A DNA stretch of 64,000 nt, from positions 22,198,001 through 22,262,000 of the forward strand of contig NW_024704743.1 of NCBI RefSeq assembly GCF_018977255.1. The letters are read 5' to 3'. Position 1 is the first letter of the stretch. Each line of letters begins with the position of its first letter. Below are positions 36,521 through 49,839 of the stretch, piece after piece. This stretch comes from Callorhinchus milii (Eukaryota). The translations under genes were made by a program, and so were the position numbers. A model generated the notes under the pieces. That model had not been told where the DNA came from. It was given only the letters and a program-made list of their open reading frames with translations, and did not search any database.

Positions 36521-39500
36521 CAAGAAGTGTGAAAATTACCAGTACAATTAACACATATGTAACACCTTCCATGTCGGGAGGATGGCTTAAAGCTTTTGAC
36601 ACAGCTGGCTGGTTGGCTGCATTATTCAGGGTTACGTGCACAAAACAGGCAGATGGCATCGGCCAGGTGCTTCCAGTATTTTGGTTTGGCAAGGTCTTTA
36701 AGGTACGTTCCTACTCCCACCACCCCCACCCCCACTCCACACCCTCCCTGCCCAACAGCCAAATTCAAATAACATTTCAGCAAAAGTCAGGTCCGTGGAG
36801 CAGCACTGAGTGATGTAATGTATCAGGGTCGGGCAGTTTCTGAATTGCTTTCTTCCCCCAAACATTATTAAGCAACTAAATTAATAGGCTTGTACGGTAA
36901 GGCAGGCTGCAAAGTCCCAGTGGACATGCCTGCTAGAGATTAAATATAGTTTGTCTACTTAGCAGTTCACCAAGCAAGCCCATGTGGTAAAAAAAAATTA
37001 AATCCTCTTAAACCACTGCTGCAGGCTGGATAAATGCTACTCTGCACATTACATGCATTATATGTGACTCAGGCTGCCTTCCCACTGCCACTCACTGCAG
37101 CTATCAGCACTAGATAAACACATCTATCCTCCTCGAGGGGAGGTACACAGGGTCTCCTTGGAGATGAACTGCCTCAAAAGTGACATGTTTGGCAATGGAT
37201 TGTTGGAATTCAGTTAACCCTCTGTGGTTGTCTCGGTTCCAGAGGCTGGAGTGCTGTGGATCCACAGGGACTACAGGGCAGTACTGATGAAACACGAGCC
37301 AGCCTGGCTCAATCTTCAGAGTTGGGGGAGCAGATGGGTCATTGGGAATGGGGAGCATTCTCAATCCCTTTTGCAACACAGAATTACCATGATGGCAGCC
37401 CATTAAGAAATACCACAGTCTCACACTAGCAGAGGGAGAACTGTGGTGAACACGAGTGCTTGCAGTTATCAAAGTTATCTGCAAGTTGGGTGGTCAAGTC
37501 ATCCACCCAAATTTCCCTATCGGCAGGCTGGAAAGGGATGTAAAGAGGTTTGCCCACAGTGAGGGAACATGGGTGGTACAGAGATGACTAGGCTTAGCAA
37601 AGTTCAAAGTTTGCTTTTCCGAGGGTAATAATTCGTTCAAAAAAAATGATAATTTGGTCGCTCAATCCACGACTGTTTTGTGGGACACTGCTGTGCGCAA
37701 TTGGCTGCTGCGTTTCGCCCACAAAATATACAGTCAATTCACTTTCCGGTATATTCTGTGAAGTGCTTTGAGATGTCTCAAAGATGTGATAAGGTGCTAT
37801 ATCAAATGTATCAAATGCAAAGATTATTATTATTACATAAGTGCACCTCTCCCAGGCAGAATGGGTCCCGTGGTCACTTTTTAAACTGGATGGTTTTGCG
37901 GCACAGACCTTGGGTGGGGCTGGGGGGGGGGGGCGGGTGCGGGGGAGTGGGGGCTGAATCCTTGTTGGTTCCTGTCTGTGCCTCGAGGCTCATGCTAGTG
38001 ATGGGTCAGGAGAATGGAGACACTTTAAAAAACAAGGCCATGCCTTTAACAAGAGCTAAGCACTGAGAGTGGAGACAGATACTTTGCCCAGCCCTCGGGA
38101 TGGCAGATCTTAACTGCATAAGGTGATTGTTTTAAGTCATTCGACGCGGTAGATAAGTTCGATGGGGCGAACGGCCTCCTCTTGTTCCTACGAACCCCAC
38201 AGGGAGAAAGCGGGTGATGGTATGTGACACAATCTCTGGTATTTGTGAAGCATTTCTCTTTAGCTGCTGCTGTTCATGTGAATCCTCTGCACATTGGAAG
38301 AATTTCCACTGCAGTTTCTTGGCTGTACTCAGCCTGATATGATAACCCCATATTTCACAGTTTATTAGCTCAAACGGAAATATCCAACAAGGCAGCTTTC
38401 AAACTGAATCAAGCAAGTGGTAGCTGAGACCTTCACCTTATTTCCTCTTTATTTAGCAGCCCATGAATGAAAAGTGTGCAGCACAAGTGACAGGAAACTA
38501 CAGGGAGCACAGACCCACGTGGAATTAAATCAAGGCTGTTAGAGTTATCACTGCACTTGTCTCTCCCGGACGTCCACTAGCTATTCCAAGTTAGAGAGTT
38601 AACTACAGCATTGGGAGCAGACAGACAACAGGAGGAACGTAGAGGCCGGACTCGAGAGTACATTATCATGTCAGTCATGGAAGAAACAAACTTTACCATT
38701 ATTTTTCTCTCTCTCCTGCTCTCTTTTATCCTCTCCCTCCACTCGCCCCCCACCAACCTCCTGCACACTATTTTCTCCCTCCCACATCAATCCCCAAATA
38801 AAGACGGAGGTGTGCAACCTGCCGCACTACAGCCTGGCATAGCAGCATGGGTGAGAGGTGTCTGGGAGAATTGGGGGCACTGACTCACTCTCCTGCTAAT
38901 TCCAGAGATAACCCTGACCCTTGGTACTAGCTTTCCCACAGAGTGTTCCTATCCCCACCAACGGCCAACAAAATGTACGTGCGGTCGGAGGGAGTCACTC
39001 TCTCTCTTTCCCCTGACTGAAGGGCAGACCCCGCTAGTTAAACATAACGGAGAGGGAAGCGGGTGCATTCCCAGAGCACTGAGCTGATGGGGGATGTCAG
39101 TTTGAGCAGCTTGTCAAAGCCCTGATAAAAAATTGTTGTACAAAGTTATCATTACCACAGCTTTAAGCAAATTCTATCAACCCCGCAGGGACAAGGCAGC
39201 GAAGGAATTTCATTACAAAGACAAAGGACCTGGCAGCTAGATCAAACACGAGCAACGAGCAGGGTTCCAGATAACATTTGCATTTAACTCTGCACCGCTC
39301 TCGACATAATCAATCACATTAATATTCATTGGCATGAAACTTAAATATAGGCCTTTTAGAGGATGAGCAGAAATAAAGATCAGCTTTGTTTTTTGCTGCC
39401 CTTGAAACTGGAACTTTCACATCTTTCGCAAGCGAAATGTCTGGGATGTCTTAAAAAGGGCAGCTTGGATATGAGGAGATCACCGGTGAAAGCGGACATT

Positions 39501-39589
39501 TTTCTTTACAGTAATTGTCAGGAATATTTCACCTCTTTTATGCATCAACTCCTTGTTGTGATTTTTATGACATTATGACCTCAATGAAT

Positions 39590-40995
39590 TGCATTTATAT
39601 TAACGCCTTTTATGTGAGGAGGATGTCCCAAGACGCTGGACAGTTGAGGGTTTGCACCTGAGCTGGAAGCTGGACTTGGGAGGGGTGGGGGCCAAGGGGG
39701 GGGTGGAGGTGGGAAGATAATAATAAAAATCCTTGCATTTGATATAACGCTTTTCACGTCTTCTAGACGTCCCAAAGCGCTTCACAGAATATACTGTAAA
39801 GTGAATTGACTGTATATTTGTGGGCGAGATGACCGAAGGCACCGTCAAAGAGGAAGTTCTTGAGACAGGCCTTGAAGGAGGCAAGGGAGGGGGCGAGGCG
39901 AAGTGAGTCTGGGATAGAATTCCTGAGGGTGGGGGCAGAAAGGCTGATGGTTCGACTGCCAATGGTGGGCAGGCAGGGCGGAAGACGTGAAGCAGGGCAG
40001 TGCCTATCGAGCAGAGAGAGCAGGCGTGTTGTTAGGGATTTAGAGGGTCTCTGAGGTTGGGTGGGGCAAGGTCATGGAAGATTTAAAAGTGAGGTGAGGA
40101 TCTTGGAAATCTATCCTCCGGGGGTTGGGGGAGCCGAGTGAGGGTGGGGGTGAGAGGCTTATGGAGCCTGGGGCAAAGAGGACACGAGCTGCAGAATTCT
40201 GAATGGGAGGGAAGAGTTGGGAATTCTGGCAAGCTGAGAGTTGGCGTAGTCAAGCTTGGACGTCATAAAAGCATGGATAAGGGTCTCAGCGGTCCGAGGG
40301 GAAAGGTTATGGCGGAAGCAGGTAATGTTGCAGAGGTGGGGGAAAGCTGAACAGGTTATGGCATGGATGTGGGGTTTAAAGGACAGTTGAGACTTGTACA
40401 AGACACAGAGGTTCCTCACTGGCTCCGTTAGGTGGAGAGATGCTGTTATCACCTGAGGTGAGAAGGCACAGATGGGAACCAAGCAGAAGAGCCTCTGTCT
40501 TGTCAACATTCAATTGACAGAAAGTTAGCGCTCTCCTGATCCCAATTACCAGCTCGGGTGCAGATCCCTGACTGTTCAGGGCCTTGGGACGTCCTCCTGA
40601 CGTAAAAAGTGCTATACAAATGTAATTTGTGGTTGTTGTTGATCTCCCCAGGCCTCCTGACTCCCTCAGTCAGAGTAGTCTTGGAATCAAGGATGGAGAA
40701 ATAAAAGTTGTGTGTCTCCACATATGGAAGTTAATCCCATGTTTGTGGATGACATTGCCGAGTGGGAGCATGTAAATGTCAAAGAGAGCCCTGAGGACTG
40801 TGCATGTGATGGTGCAAGGTGGGAGAAGAAGCCGTTTGCAGGTACAGAGTGGAGATATTGGGAAAGGTAGGAATGAAACCAGCAATGAACCGTGAAGGTG
40901 GAGCTGAGAGGAGATGTAGTGAAGAATGGTCATCAGTGTAGAAGGCGGTGGAGAGTTCAAGAAGAACGAGGAGGTAGAGACAGCCCTGGTCACAG
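39590..40995 (-). mobile_element. Degenerate L2 fragment interrupted by SINE and L2-tail insertions
   Basis: Remnants of AETLIHAFMTSKLDYANS and YMLPLGNVIHKHGINFH. Confidence 0.8.
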
Positions 40996-41442
40996 AGAAT
41001 GTCCTGCCCCTGTATGACTAAAATGCATTACCATTCCCACACACAGCAGGATCTTACTATAATTCATACACAAGATCACAAGAGAGGTTTGGATAAGTTC
41101 ATCTGATCTCATCCACCCAATTGTCTTCCCATCACGATATCAAGTGGTTTCTTAAGTCAATGCTGGCCTCTTCCACCCACTGTAACCCTAGAACGGGTTG
41201 TAACCACTCTAACTCTCGATTATCCTCCATGTAAATAAATACTTCCTGGTGTCTAACTTTAAGATTGCCCTTCAAAATCCTGCAACTGCACAATCTCCTT
41301 ATCCTTGTGCACCTATTACGCTGCATTTATTGCCTGCATCTAGATTTTTAACTTACTGTACTTTGAAATATTAGTTGTCGACCCCTGCCCCAGTCGAAAA
41401 AATGTTTTAAACTTTACGTTGAACGGTTATTTGTTTGGTTAC

Positions 41443-41525
41443 CTTGTTTTGCTTCAGAGCTCCCTTTTCCTTCATATGAGGACAATCCTTCCCAGTCACG
41501 ATGGCTTTGATATCTGCCACTGGTA
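41443..41525 (-). CDS. ELMO1: ELMO1 coding exon ([28 protein letters not shown]), 83 nt
   Basis: Lies inside ORF 41407..41610. Acceptor is tttaacag|TA and donor is AAG|gtaacc. Confidence 0.97.
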
Positions 41526-42091
41526 CTGTTAAATAAAGAAAACCCTCTGTTAATGGCAAAACTCCTGCTGCTGCCACTGCTGAGACACAGTGCCACTTCC
41601 TGTCCTGCATTTAAGTGAGTGGCACTTTATTTTGTGAATCAAATGTGCCCTTTTCCTCTCTCAGGGCTCATTGTGCCCTTGGTCACAAATCAGATTCTCC
41701 CTCCCCTTCCTTTTTCTTCCACCCCATACACTATCGATCCCTGTTCAAAGGACAGATTGCCCCTTCCCCTGCACCCCCCCCACCCACAAAATACACAAGT
41801 GGACAATATTGACACTGCAAGGTTGGCAGCCGCATTAATGCTGTGCCTCTCACACTCAGTGGTTTCTCTTGCCACTGAAGAGAGGGCATCACTGGCTGCT
41901 GTATGCAGGCAATGCAAAATAGCAGCTCAGGTGCATAGCAGCAGCAGCCAGAGCTCCCTGTCTCAGGGCTGTTAAGAGAATAGCAGACATGGATATCGCA
42001 CGTGTTGAAAATACGCTCGGTCCAACCTGTAGAAAAAAGGCCAAATAACCAGGGCATAGTATACATGTATGAGCCTTTGTGGACCACTTAC

Positions 42092-42199
42092 GTTTGTCCT
42101 GTAAAGATTCATGCGGTACCTCTCCCTGGGGGCTCTCCTCCAAATCTCCGTAATGCAGGACCTTGTGGTTTGGCGAAAGCCGACAATACCAGAATTTGT
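42092..42199 (-). CDS. ELMO1: ELMO1 coding exon ([36 protein letters not shown]), 108 nt
   Basis: Lies inside ORF 41889..42239. Acceptor is gttgcag|AC and donor is C|gtaagt. Confidence 0.97.
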
Positions 42200-43219
42200 C
42201 TGCAACGTGAAACAGGTTTGGTCTCAACTTCCATTCCAAACAGATCCTCCACCAGTTTTATGTGCGACGTGAGATTTCGAGTATCACCGTTATGGGTTTT
42301 GGGATATCCACCCAATGTGAAAGGCGCAATATAAATGTAAATCAGTATTACTTTACTTTACATTTACATTACATTTTTTCTAAAGTACATGCTGCAAAAT
42401 AAAAACTTTTTAAAAAAGGTACTGAACAAAGCACAGGAAAATGTGACATCAAAAAACTGCAGTGTTTTTTTTAACAAAAAATGAACCAAACAAATTTATG
42501 TCAAATGGATGGATTCAAGGTTATCGAGGTCTGAGTTTGATTTAGAAATTCCACATACGAATCTTGTGGAAAAGTGGATGGTGAGTTTGGATGGCCTGCT
42601 CTTGTTTTAAAGTGTTACATGAGTTTATCGCACCAAGGAGCTGTATGTGAGCTTCTGCTTTTGATTTTACGTTAGATTGAAAGACAATACTAAACAAAGA
42701 GGAGAAAGACGAGGAGGACCTGATTGTTAGTCAATTGGCGGATCACTTTTCCGGGGGTTAATAATAATAATAATTTGGTCATTCAATCCACGCCTGTTTG
42801 TGGGACACTGCTGTGCGCAATTGGCTGCCGTGTTTCACCCACAGAATATACAGTCAAGTCACTTTACAGTATATCCTGTGACGCACTTTGAGACGTACCG
42901 AAGACATGATTAGGCGTTATATCTAATGCAAGGATTATTATTATTATTCTGTGTATCCCCGGGGAGTGAGGGGAGAAGGTGGGGGGGAGGAAAAGAGACA
43001 TGTTCACCAAGAGCATTTCACTGATTGAGAACTTGGCTCTGAGTCGACCTCAGATCTGAGGTGAGTCGGACGGAACAAGTCTCCTTGAGGGGGTTCAATT
43101 CACGTCCCGAGGCTCACCGTTTACATTGCCTTTTTACTGACAATGCCTTTTCAGTCCCAGAGGCTGTGATCAAAATCCTCTCCCCCTTCCCCACAGCCAA
43201 TGCCACCCCCACCCTGTAC

Positions 43220-43332
43220 CTTGTCGTCGTCGGCTGCTGATCTTCCTGAAGCAGGTTCCTTCACAAAGTCGGTTCAGCCGCTGTTGCTTGATCAGCTCCA
43301 TGATTTCGGGCTGAATCTTCTCCCTCAACTCA
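43220..43332 (-). CDS. ELMO1: ELMO1 coding exon ([37 protein letters not shown]), start of PH domain, 113 nt
   Basis: Lies inside ORF 43170..43505. Acceptor is tctgcag|T and donor is G|gtacag. Frame is consistent with both neighbouring exons. Confidence 0.96.
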
Positions 43333-43410
43333 CTGCAGACAGAAAGAGCCGAGTAAGGTGTCAGCACTCGTCTGCATCGCTGCGATGACCGGGCATCATC
43401 ACTGTACCGG

Positions 43411-44270
43411 GCAGGTTCCACATGTATGCGGATGACACCCAACTCTACCCGATTGGCTCGCGCCAGCGCCTCCGCACCTCGGGTGCTGGCAGCATCAGCC
43501 TCCACGGCTGCACACTCAACCTCACTAAGCCAGTCAGGAACCTGGGTGTCTTGTTAGACCCTGAACTGTCCTTTCTCCTCCACATCCGCGCCATGACCGG
43601 CACTGCCTACCACCACCTCCACAACATTGCCAGACTCCGCCACTGCCTCACCCCTCAGGCTGCCGAAACCCTCACCCACACATTCATCACCTCAGGGCTC
43701 GATTACGGGAACTCCCTCCTCATCGGCCTTCCCAACTCTTCCCTTCACAAGCTGGAGATCATCCAAAACTCTGCAGCTCGTGTACTCTCGCGCACCAGGT
43801 TCCGTGACCCCATCACTCCCACCCTCACCCGACTCCACTGTCTCCCCATTCCCCAGAGGATCGAGTTCAAGATCCTCATCCTCACTTTCAAGGCCATCCA
43901 TGGCCTTGCCCCCTCCTACCTCTCTGACCTGCTGCCTCCCTACCAACCTGCCCGCTCCCTCCGCTCATCAGGCTCGGGTCTGCTCCATGTCTCCTGCCCG
44001 ACCTTTGGTGGCTGGGCTTTCAGCCTCTCTGCCACCACACTCTGGTACTCCATCCCACGATCCCCTCGCTCCCTCCCTTGCCTCCTTCAAAGTCGGTCTC
44101 AAGACCCTTCTCTTCGACCGTGCCTTTGGTCTCCCTCCCACCTCTCTGCCTTCCTTCACCCATACACCACCCCTCCCTCATGCTCGGGCCCTGACATCTG
44201 ACTGTTCAGCGCTTTGGGACGTCCTCCCGACGTGAAAGGCGCTCTATAAATGTAATTTTGTTGTTGTTGT
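43411..44270 (+). mobile_element. L2-clade LINE 3' fragment
   Basis: ORF 43422..44201 begins MYADDTQLY and contains the L2 C-terminal region. Tail is gtgaaaggcgctctataaatg(ttg)n. Confidence 0.93.
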
Positions 44271-44494
44271 TCTAGCCTGACAGACTAGGCGGAGTTGCCC
44301 ACACCTGACCACAAGCGTTGTACACGCCCACAGCAAAAACTATCCCCGTGTGCCTAGCACTTTATCCCAGCAGTAAGCATTACGTTCCTGAGACTGCATG
44401 AAGAGCACTATATAAATGCAAGTTTCTATTGTTATTGACCACTGATCCTCTCACTCGTCTAATTTTTTCATGCCTTGGCACCTCCCTACCTTTC

Positions 44495-46555
44495 TACAAC
44501 AACAACTTGGATTTATATAGCGCCCTCACGCCGGACGGAGTCTCAAAACGCTTCACAGTAATGGAACCCGGGGCCGAGTCGGGGTGGGGGAGGGAAGGTG
44601 ACCAAAGGCGCGGTCGAAAAGAAAGGTCTTCAGCCGAGACCTGAAAGTGGGAAGAGAGGGGGCGAGGCGAAGGGAGTGAGCTAGGGAGTTCTAGAGCCTC
44701 GGTGCATAGTGGCTGAAGGCACGGCCGCCGATGGTGGAGCGGAGGACTCGGGGGACAATGAGGAGCCCAGACCCGGTGGAGCTGGAAGGTGGAAGAAAGC
44801 GGTGCTGGTGAGGGACTGGATGTGGGGGAGGACGGATAATTGGGGGTCGAACCTGATGTACGGGTTCAGAGAGTTTTAGGGGGAGGTCGGATAGATGGAG
44901 GAGGTGAGAACCGTGTGATTTTAGATGTTGACGAGAGCCAAGGAGTATGGTTTCCGTCTTGTCAACGTTCAGCTGAAGGAAATTCACACTCATTCAGCCC
45001 CTGAGGTCTGACAGGCAGACTGACAGAACATCAGGGGACTGGGAGGTCGCAAAGTGAGGTGGAAAAATAGAGTTGGGTGTCGTCCGCATACATGTGGATG
45101 TGTACCCCATGTCTGCAGATGACATCCCCAAGAGGGAATATATTGATCAGAAAGAGGAGGGGGCCAAGGATAGATCCTTGGGGTACCCCGCAGGTAACCT
45201 GATGAGAGCGGGAGGAGAAGCCGTTGATGCAGATGTACTGCTGGCGGTTCGTGAGGTAGGACTCGAACCAGGCGAGTGCGGTCCCACTGAGGTGGATGAC
45301 GGAGGAAAGGCGGTGGAGGAGGATGGCGTGATCGACTGTGTCGAAAGCGACAGAGAGGTCCAGGAGGACAAGGAGGCAGAGGGAGTCCTGGTCACAGATA
45401 GGGAGGATGTCATTTGCGACTTTCATAAGTGCAGTCTCTGTACTGTGGGCCGAGCAGAAACCGGATTGGAGGGATTCGAAGAGTGAGTGGGAGAAGAGGT
45501 GTGCGCGGAGTTGATTGGCAACAACGCGTTCTAGGACTTTTGTGAGGAAGGGCAGGTTTGAAATAGAGCGGTAGTGGCTGGGGTTTGAGGGATCTAGGGA
45601 AAGTTTTTTGAGGAGGGGGATGATGACAGCAGTTTTGAGGGGGGCAGGGACTGATCCAGAGGAGAGGGACTGGTTGATGACATCAGCCAGTAGTGGGCAG
45701 AGGAGGGGGAGCTGGTGACCAGCAAGTTGGTGGGGAGGGGGTCGAGGCAGCAGGTGGTGGGTTTCACTGAAGTGATGGTGGGTGAGAGGGAGGAGGGCGA
45801 GATGGGGAGGAAGGAATGTAGGATGGGGTCATGGTAAGAGCTGATGATGGGGAGGGTGAGGGGGACGGAGAGGGGGTGGTGGTGGGTGTCAAGAGGCAGG
45901 AGGATGAGGCTGCCTGGAGGATGTTGTGTATTTTGGATGAAAAGAAGTCCATGACCTCCTCGCACTTGGCATTAGATGTGAAGATTGAGGAGGCCTGAGG
46001 GGGCATACAGAGGAGGTAGTGGGTGGTGGAAAAGAGGACTTTGGGATTGTTTTTGCCTCCAAGATGATGTTGGAGTAGAAGGCCGTTTTCGCGCGCGTCA
46101 AAGAACGGCAGGAGCTGTGGAGATGCTCGAGTCACAGTTGATGGTGAACTGTCAGGCCAGTTTTCTGCCACCTGCGCTCAAGCAGCTGGTTTGGGATTTT
46201 AGGGAGCGGAGATGATTGTTATACCAGTGGGATCGGGTGGGTTTGGAGATGGTGCTGGATTTCAGGGGTACGAGGGAGTTGAAGGTGGAGGAGAGGTGAT
46301 CATGGAGCAGCTAGACGGCTGCTTCAAGATCTCCCTGGGTGGAAGGCAGAGGGATAGGATATTTGAGAATGTGAGGGCCTTTGTGAGGGTCTTAGGGGAT
46401 AGCCTTTTCCACGGGCGATAGAGAATGGTTGAGGGCTTGGCGGAAGAGAGAAGGATGTGAGAGGAGAAGGAGATGAGGAAGTGATCCGAAATGGCCTTGT
46501 CCACTATGCTAAGGTCGGAAATGTCAAGGGCGTGGGTGATAACAAGGTCGAGATC
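44495..46555 (-). mobile_element. L2-clade LINE (different subfamily) from end of endonuclease through RT, internally deleted
   Basis: LDLVITH...ISDHFLISF (APE end), [31 protein letters not shown]. Confidence 0.92.
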
Positions 46556-49500
46556 TAACCTGCTTTCTCGACACACCATGTCCAGCCTCCGCTCGGCTGG
46601 ATCTGGCCTCCTGTCCCTCATCCCCTCCGCTCCAACATCGGTAACCACACTTTCAGCCACTACTCCCCAAAGCTTTGGATCTCCCTCCCCCAATAATAAT
46701 AATCCTTGCAATTTGATATAGCGCTTTTCACGTCTTCAAGACATCTCAAAGCGCTTCACAGAATATACTGTAAAGTGAATTGACTGTATATTTGTGGGCG
46801 AAACGCGGCAGCCAATTGCACACAGCAGTGTCCCACAACCCCTCTGTCCTGCTCCCTCCTTCCCCTCTTTTAGATCACGACTGAAGAATTCGTCCTCGAC
46901 CGTGCTTAGAGTCATCTCCTCCCTCCCCCTGGCTAGGCATCATGCTCCGCTACTGTGTTCCGAGACACTGGTGCCCCACGTGAAGGGTACTATATGAATG
47001 CAAGTTGTTGTTGTATCCCCCAGAGTGAAGACTATATTCTTCCTCCCTGGACATGAACAAGGACTGAATCCCCACATCACCACCAGAGTTTCATCTTTTT
47101 AATCTTCCTTTTGCCCAAGTCAGTGCACTTTAAAGGTCACCTCTCACACAGAAGCGGGGAAGAGATTCGTGCCCTGAATTCACCTAAAAACTATTCCCCC
47201 CCCCCCAATGTTCGTTCCAAAATAACAGCTTACCTGCCTTAGCTCAGGCTGTGCAAAAAGTGAGGGTTTATGTTTTAATAACAAGGAGGATGTGATTGTA
47301 CTCAACACCCACTCACATAGGAAGAATTAAAACAAATACTATTTTATAGGAGACAATTGAACACATAGTTAATTTTACCTCTTCCTTGCAGTAACTTGGG
47401 CAGTTTTATTTAAAACAGATTTCCTATGGCATTAAAGTCATTTTTGTTAGTTATTGATCGATTTCACATCTAGACTGAGATTGACTGTAACTACATATTG
47501 TGTGGAGGGTGGTGGGGGGGTGGGGGTGGGGGTGCAGAGGAGTAAGAGACAAGAATAGTCTTATTGCTTACAATATAAAAATACTTGGATATTAAAAATG
47601 TACTTTATCAAAGAAAATTGAAGCACAAGGTGGCACAATGGTGAAAAAAACTACTTTTACATTTGTGACCTACAAATCCTATAGTCATTGTTGTTTGGAA
47701 ATTGGATTCTGGAATTGCACAACAATATAGACAGTTGCTATATCAAATGCAAGGATTATTTATTATTAATGATAATCCAGCTCAGATTGCTGATATGAAG
47801 ATCTCTTCTCTCTGCTAACTATAACTGCTAACTCTGCTAACCCAACACGGAATGATTCAGGACTGGCTCAAGCCCAGAACCCTAAACCCATCCCTTGCTA
47901 GATACACACAGAGAAAGGCAGCTGTCGCAAGGAGCACAATGCCTGCACCCAGAGACTAGTGCATGAGCCTCTGAGGTTAGAAAGTAAGACAAACTGGGAC
48001 ATAGCGGGAGCTTTACTCTGCATCTGGCTCTATGTACCTGAGCTGGCGGTGCTGAAAGACAAACACTAGGTGGCAAAAAGCGTTTCCAATTCAAAGCCAT
48101 TGACGTTTTTCACTTTGAAGCTCATCAATTCAATCTACTTTGTTTTTAATAAAAAAAATCCAAAGCTGAAAATTCAAGAAACAAGTGCACTTGCCTGCGG
48201 CAGTACTTAGCCACACTAAATATAACAAGCGCTAATCAAACAGAACTTGCACGGTAATTACCTACAATTACTTTCACACTCATTACCCCTTCTGAAAAGG
48301 GCCGCATCAATGCAATTCCGTGCTGAACTGTCCCTCTCCCACCTTCATACTGAAACACATCAGTCCCCGGGTGACCTGCATGACACCACTGCTCAGATAA
48401 AAGTCCATCACCTCAACAGGAATCCCTGACACTCTCGCTGTGTTAACCCTAAACTAAATACAGCCTGTGCTAATTTGACCACACTTCGAAATCCAGCTCT
48501 CTGCTTAAAATGATAGATTTGTTCTCCATTTGATGTTGGGCTAGGTAGCATATGGGTTATTTTGGATCTATGGGACCGGACAGATGGATTGCAATGGTCT
48601 TCACTCCTACACATTTCTACGTTAATTTATGGGTCTCTTTAAAAATAATACATTTCCTCTCTCTGCCATAGCACCATAATCATGATATATTCTTCAACGT
48701 CCCATGATGAGTCATTGAAAACTAGCGAATGTTATCTCAGGTGGTCCACAGTTTCTTTACTGGACTTTCTTTACCCCCTCCACAATAAAAAAAGCTTGTT
48801 GCATTTCCCCCAAGAGGACAAGATCTGGAACTTACTGTACATGCCCACTACTGACTACTGTCAACAACAATTCCTTTCCTTAGTGACGGGTGCTGTACAA
48901 ATGCAAGTTATAGTTGTTGTTCCACTAAAGAACCAGAAACTAGAGAATTGTGGTAGTGATAATTACACGCTATTCTGCAGTTACCACAACACTAAATAAT
49001 GATAATTCTTATCATGTCTCATAGCACTTCACAATGCGTAGTGTCTGTATTAATGGACTGCTGTTTCAATCCTTGGATTTACCCCAACATTATACAGGAC
49101 ACTCCACAGAACCATAGAAACGTGTGACACAGTGGGCCATACGGTGTCACTCCATTTCTTGTAGTTACTTACTATGACTGTGGCATTCAGCATCTCTGCC
49201 CCCACACTCTGGAACTCTATCCTGCAATCCCTCCACCTCACTCCCTTTATTCCCTACTTCAAGTCCCGCCTAAAGTCCTTCCTCTTCAATCGTGCCTTCA
49301 GTCACCCTCCTGCCCCTACATCCCCTGCCCTCCACCCCTCCTGACCACAACTCCCAGCTCAGGTCCAAAAATCCATGACTCAATGCCCTGGGACGTCTTT
49401 CCGACCTGAAGGTCGTTATACAAGTGTAATTTGTTGTTGTTGACAATAAAGGACTGATGTGTCAATCCTGGCAATTCCACAAAATGTCGCGAAAGGTTAC

Positions 49501-49675
49501 CAGTAACGTTTTCAATTTAGATGAAACTTCCAAATGGTACTGTATTGCATCACAAGTTTGCAGTGCGGAGAGGCGAGGTGGAAGGCACGAAACTCCGCAG
49601 GGAAAGGAGGGGCAGGAATCCTGTAACCGTGCGCGCCAAAGGCAGGTGCAACCTGGAAAGATTCTGAGTGCTTAC

Positions 49676-49839
49676 AGGATGGGACGCGACTGGAAGTCCT
49701 CCTGGTTCATTCTCTCGGACTGTCGAATTTTCAGGATCTCGGTGTAACTCAGGTTCTGCAGCTTACTCTTGAACTGATCCAGTGAGTTAGGCTTGGTGTT
49801 GAGCGCCCTCATTATCTGCTCCTTCACCACTTGCATTAC
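49676..49839 (-). CDS. ELMO1: ELMO1 coding exon ([55 protein letters not shown]), 164 nt
   Basis: Manual translation closely matches vertebrate ELMO1 as I recall it. Acceptor is ttggtag|GTA and donor is CT|gtaagc. Phase 2 joins the next exon in frame. Upstream ELMO1 exons lie beyond the window. Confidence 0.96.

Noticed and set aside
36204..36692. Repetitive ORFs (QLSQAD)n, (LAQLVS)n, (WSAWLS)n, and a CRISPR-like appearance
   Set aside because: These are translations of an 18-bp minisatellite with no spacers. It is neither a protein nor a CRISPR array.
43333..43411. L2 insertion only about 80 nt upstream of an ELMO1 splice acceptor
   Set aside because: The pyrimidine tract and AG remain intact, so there is no sign of an effect on splicing.
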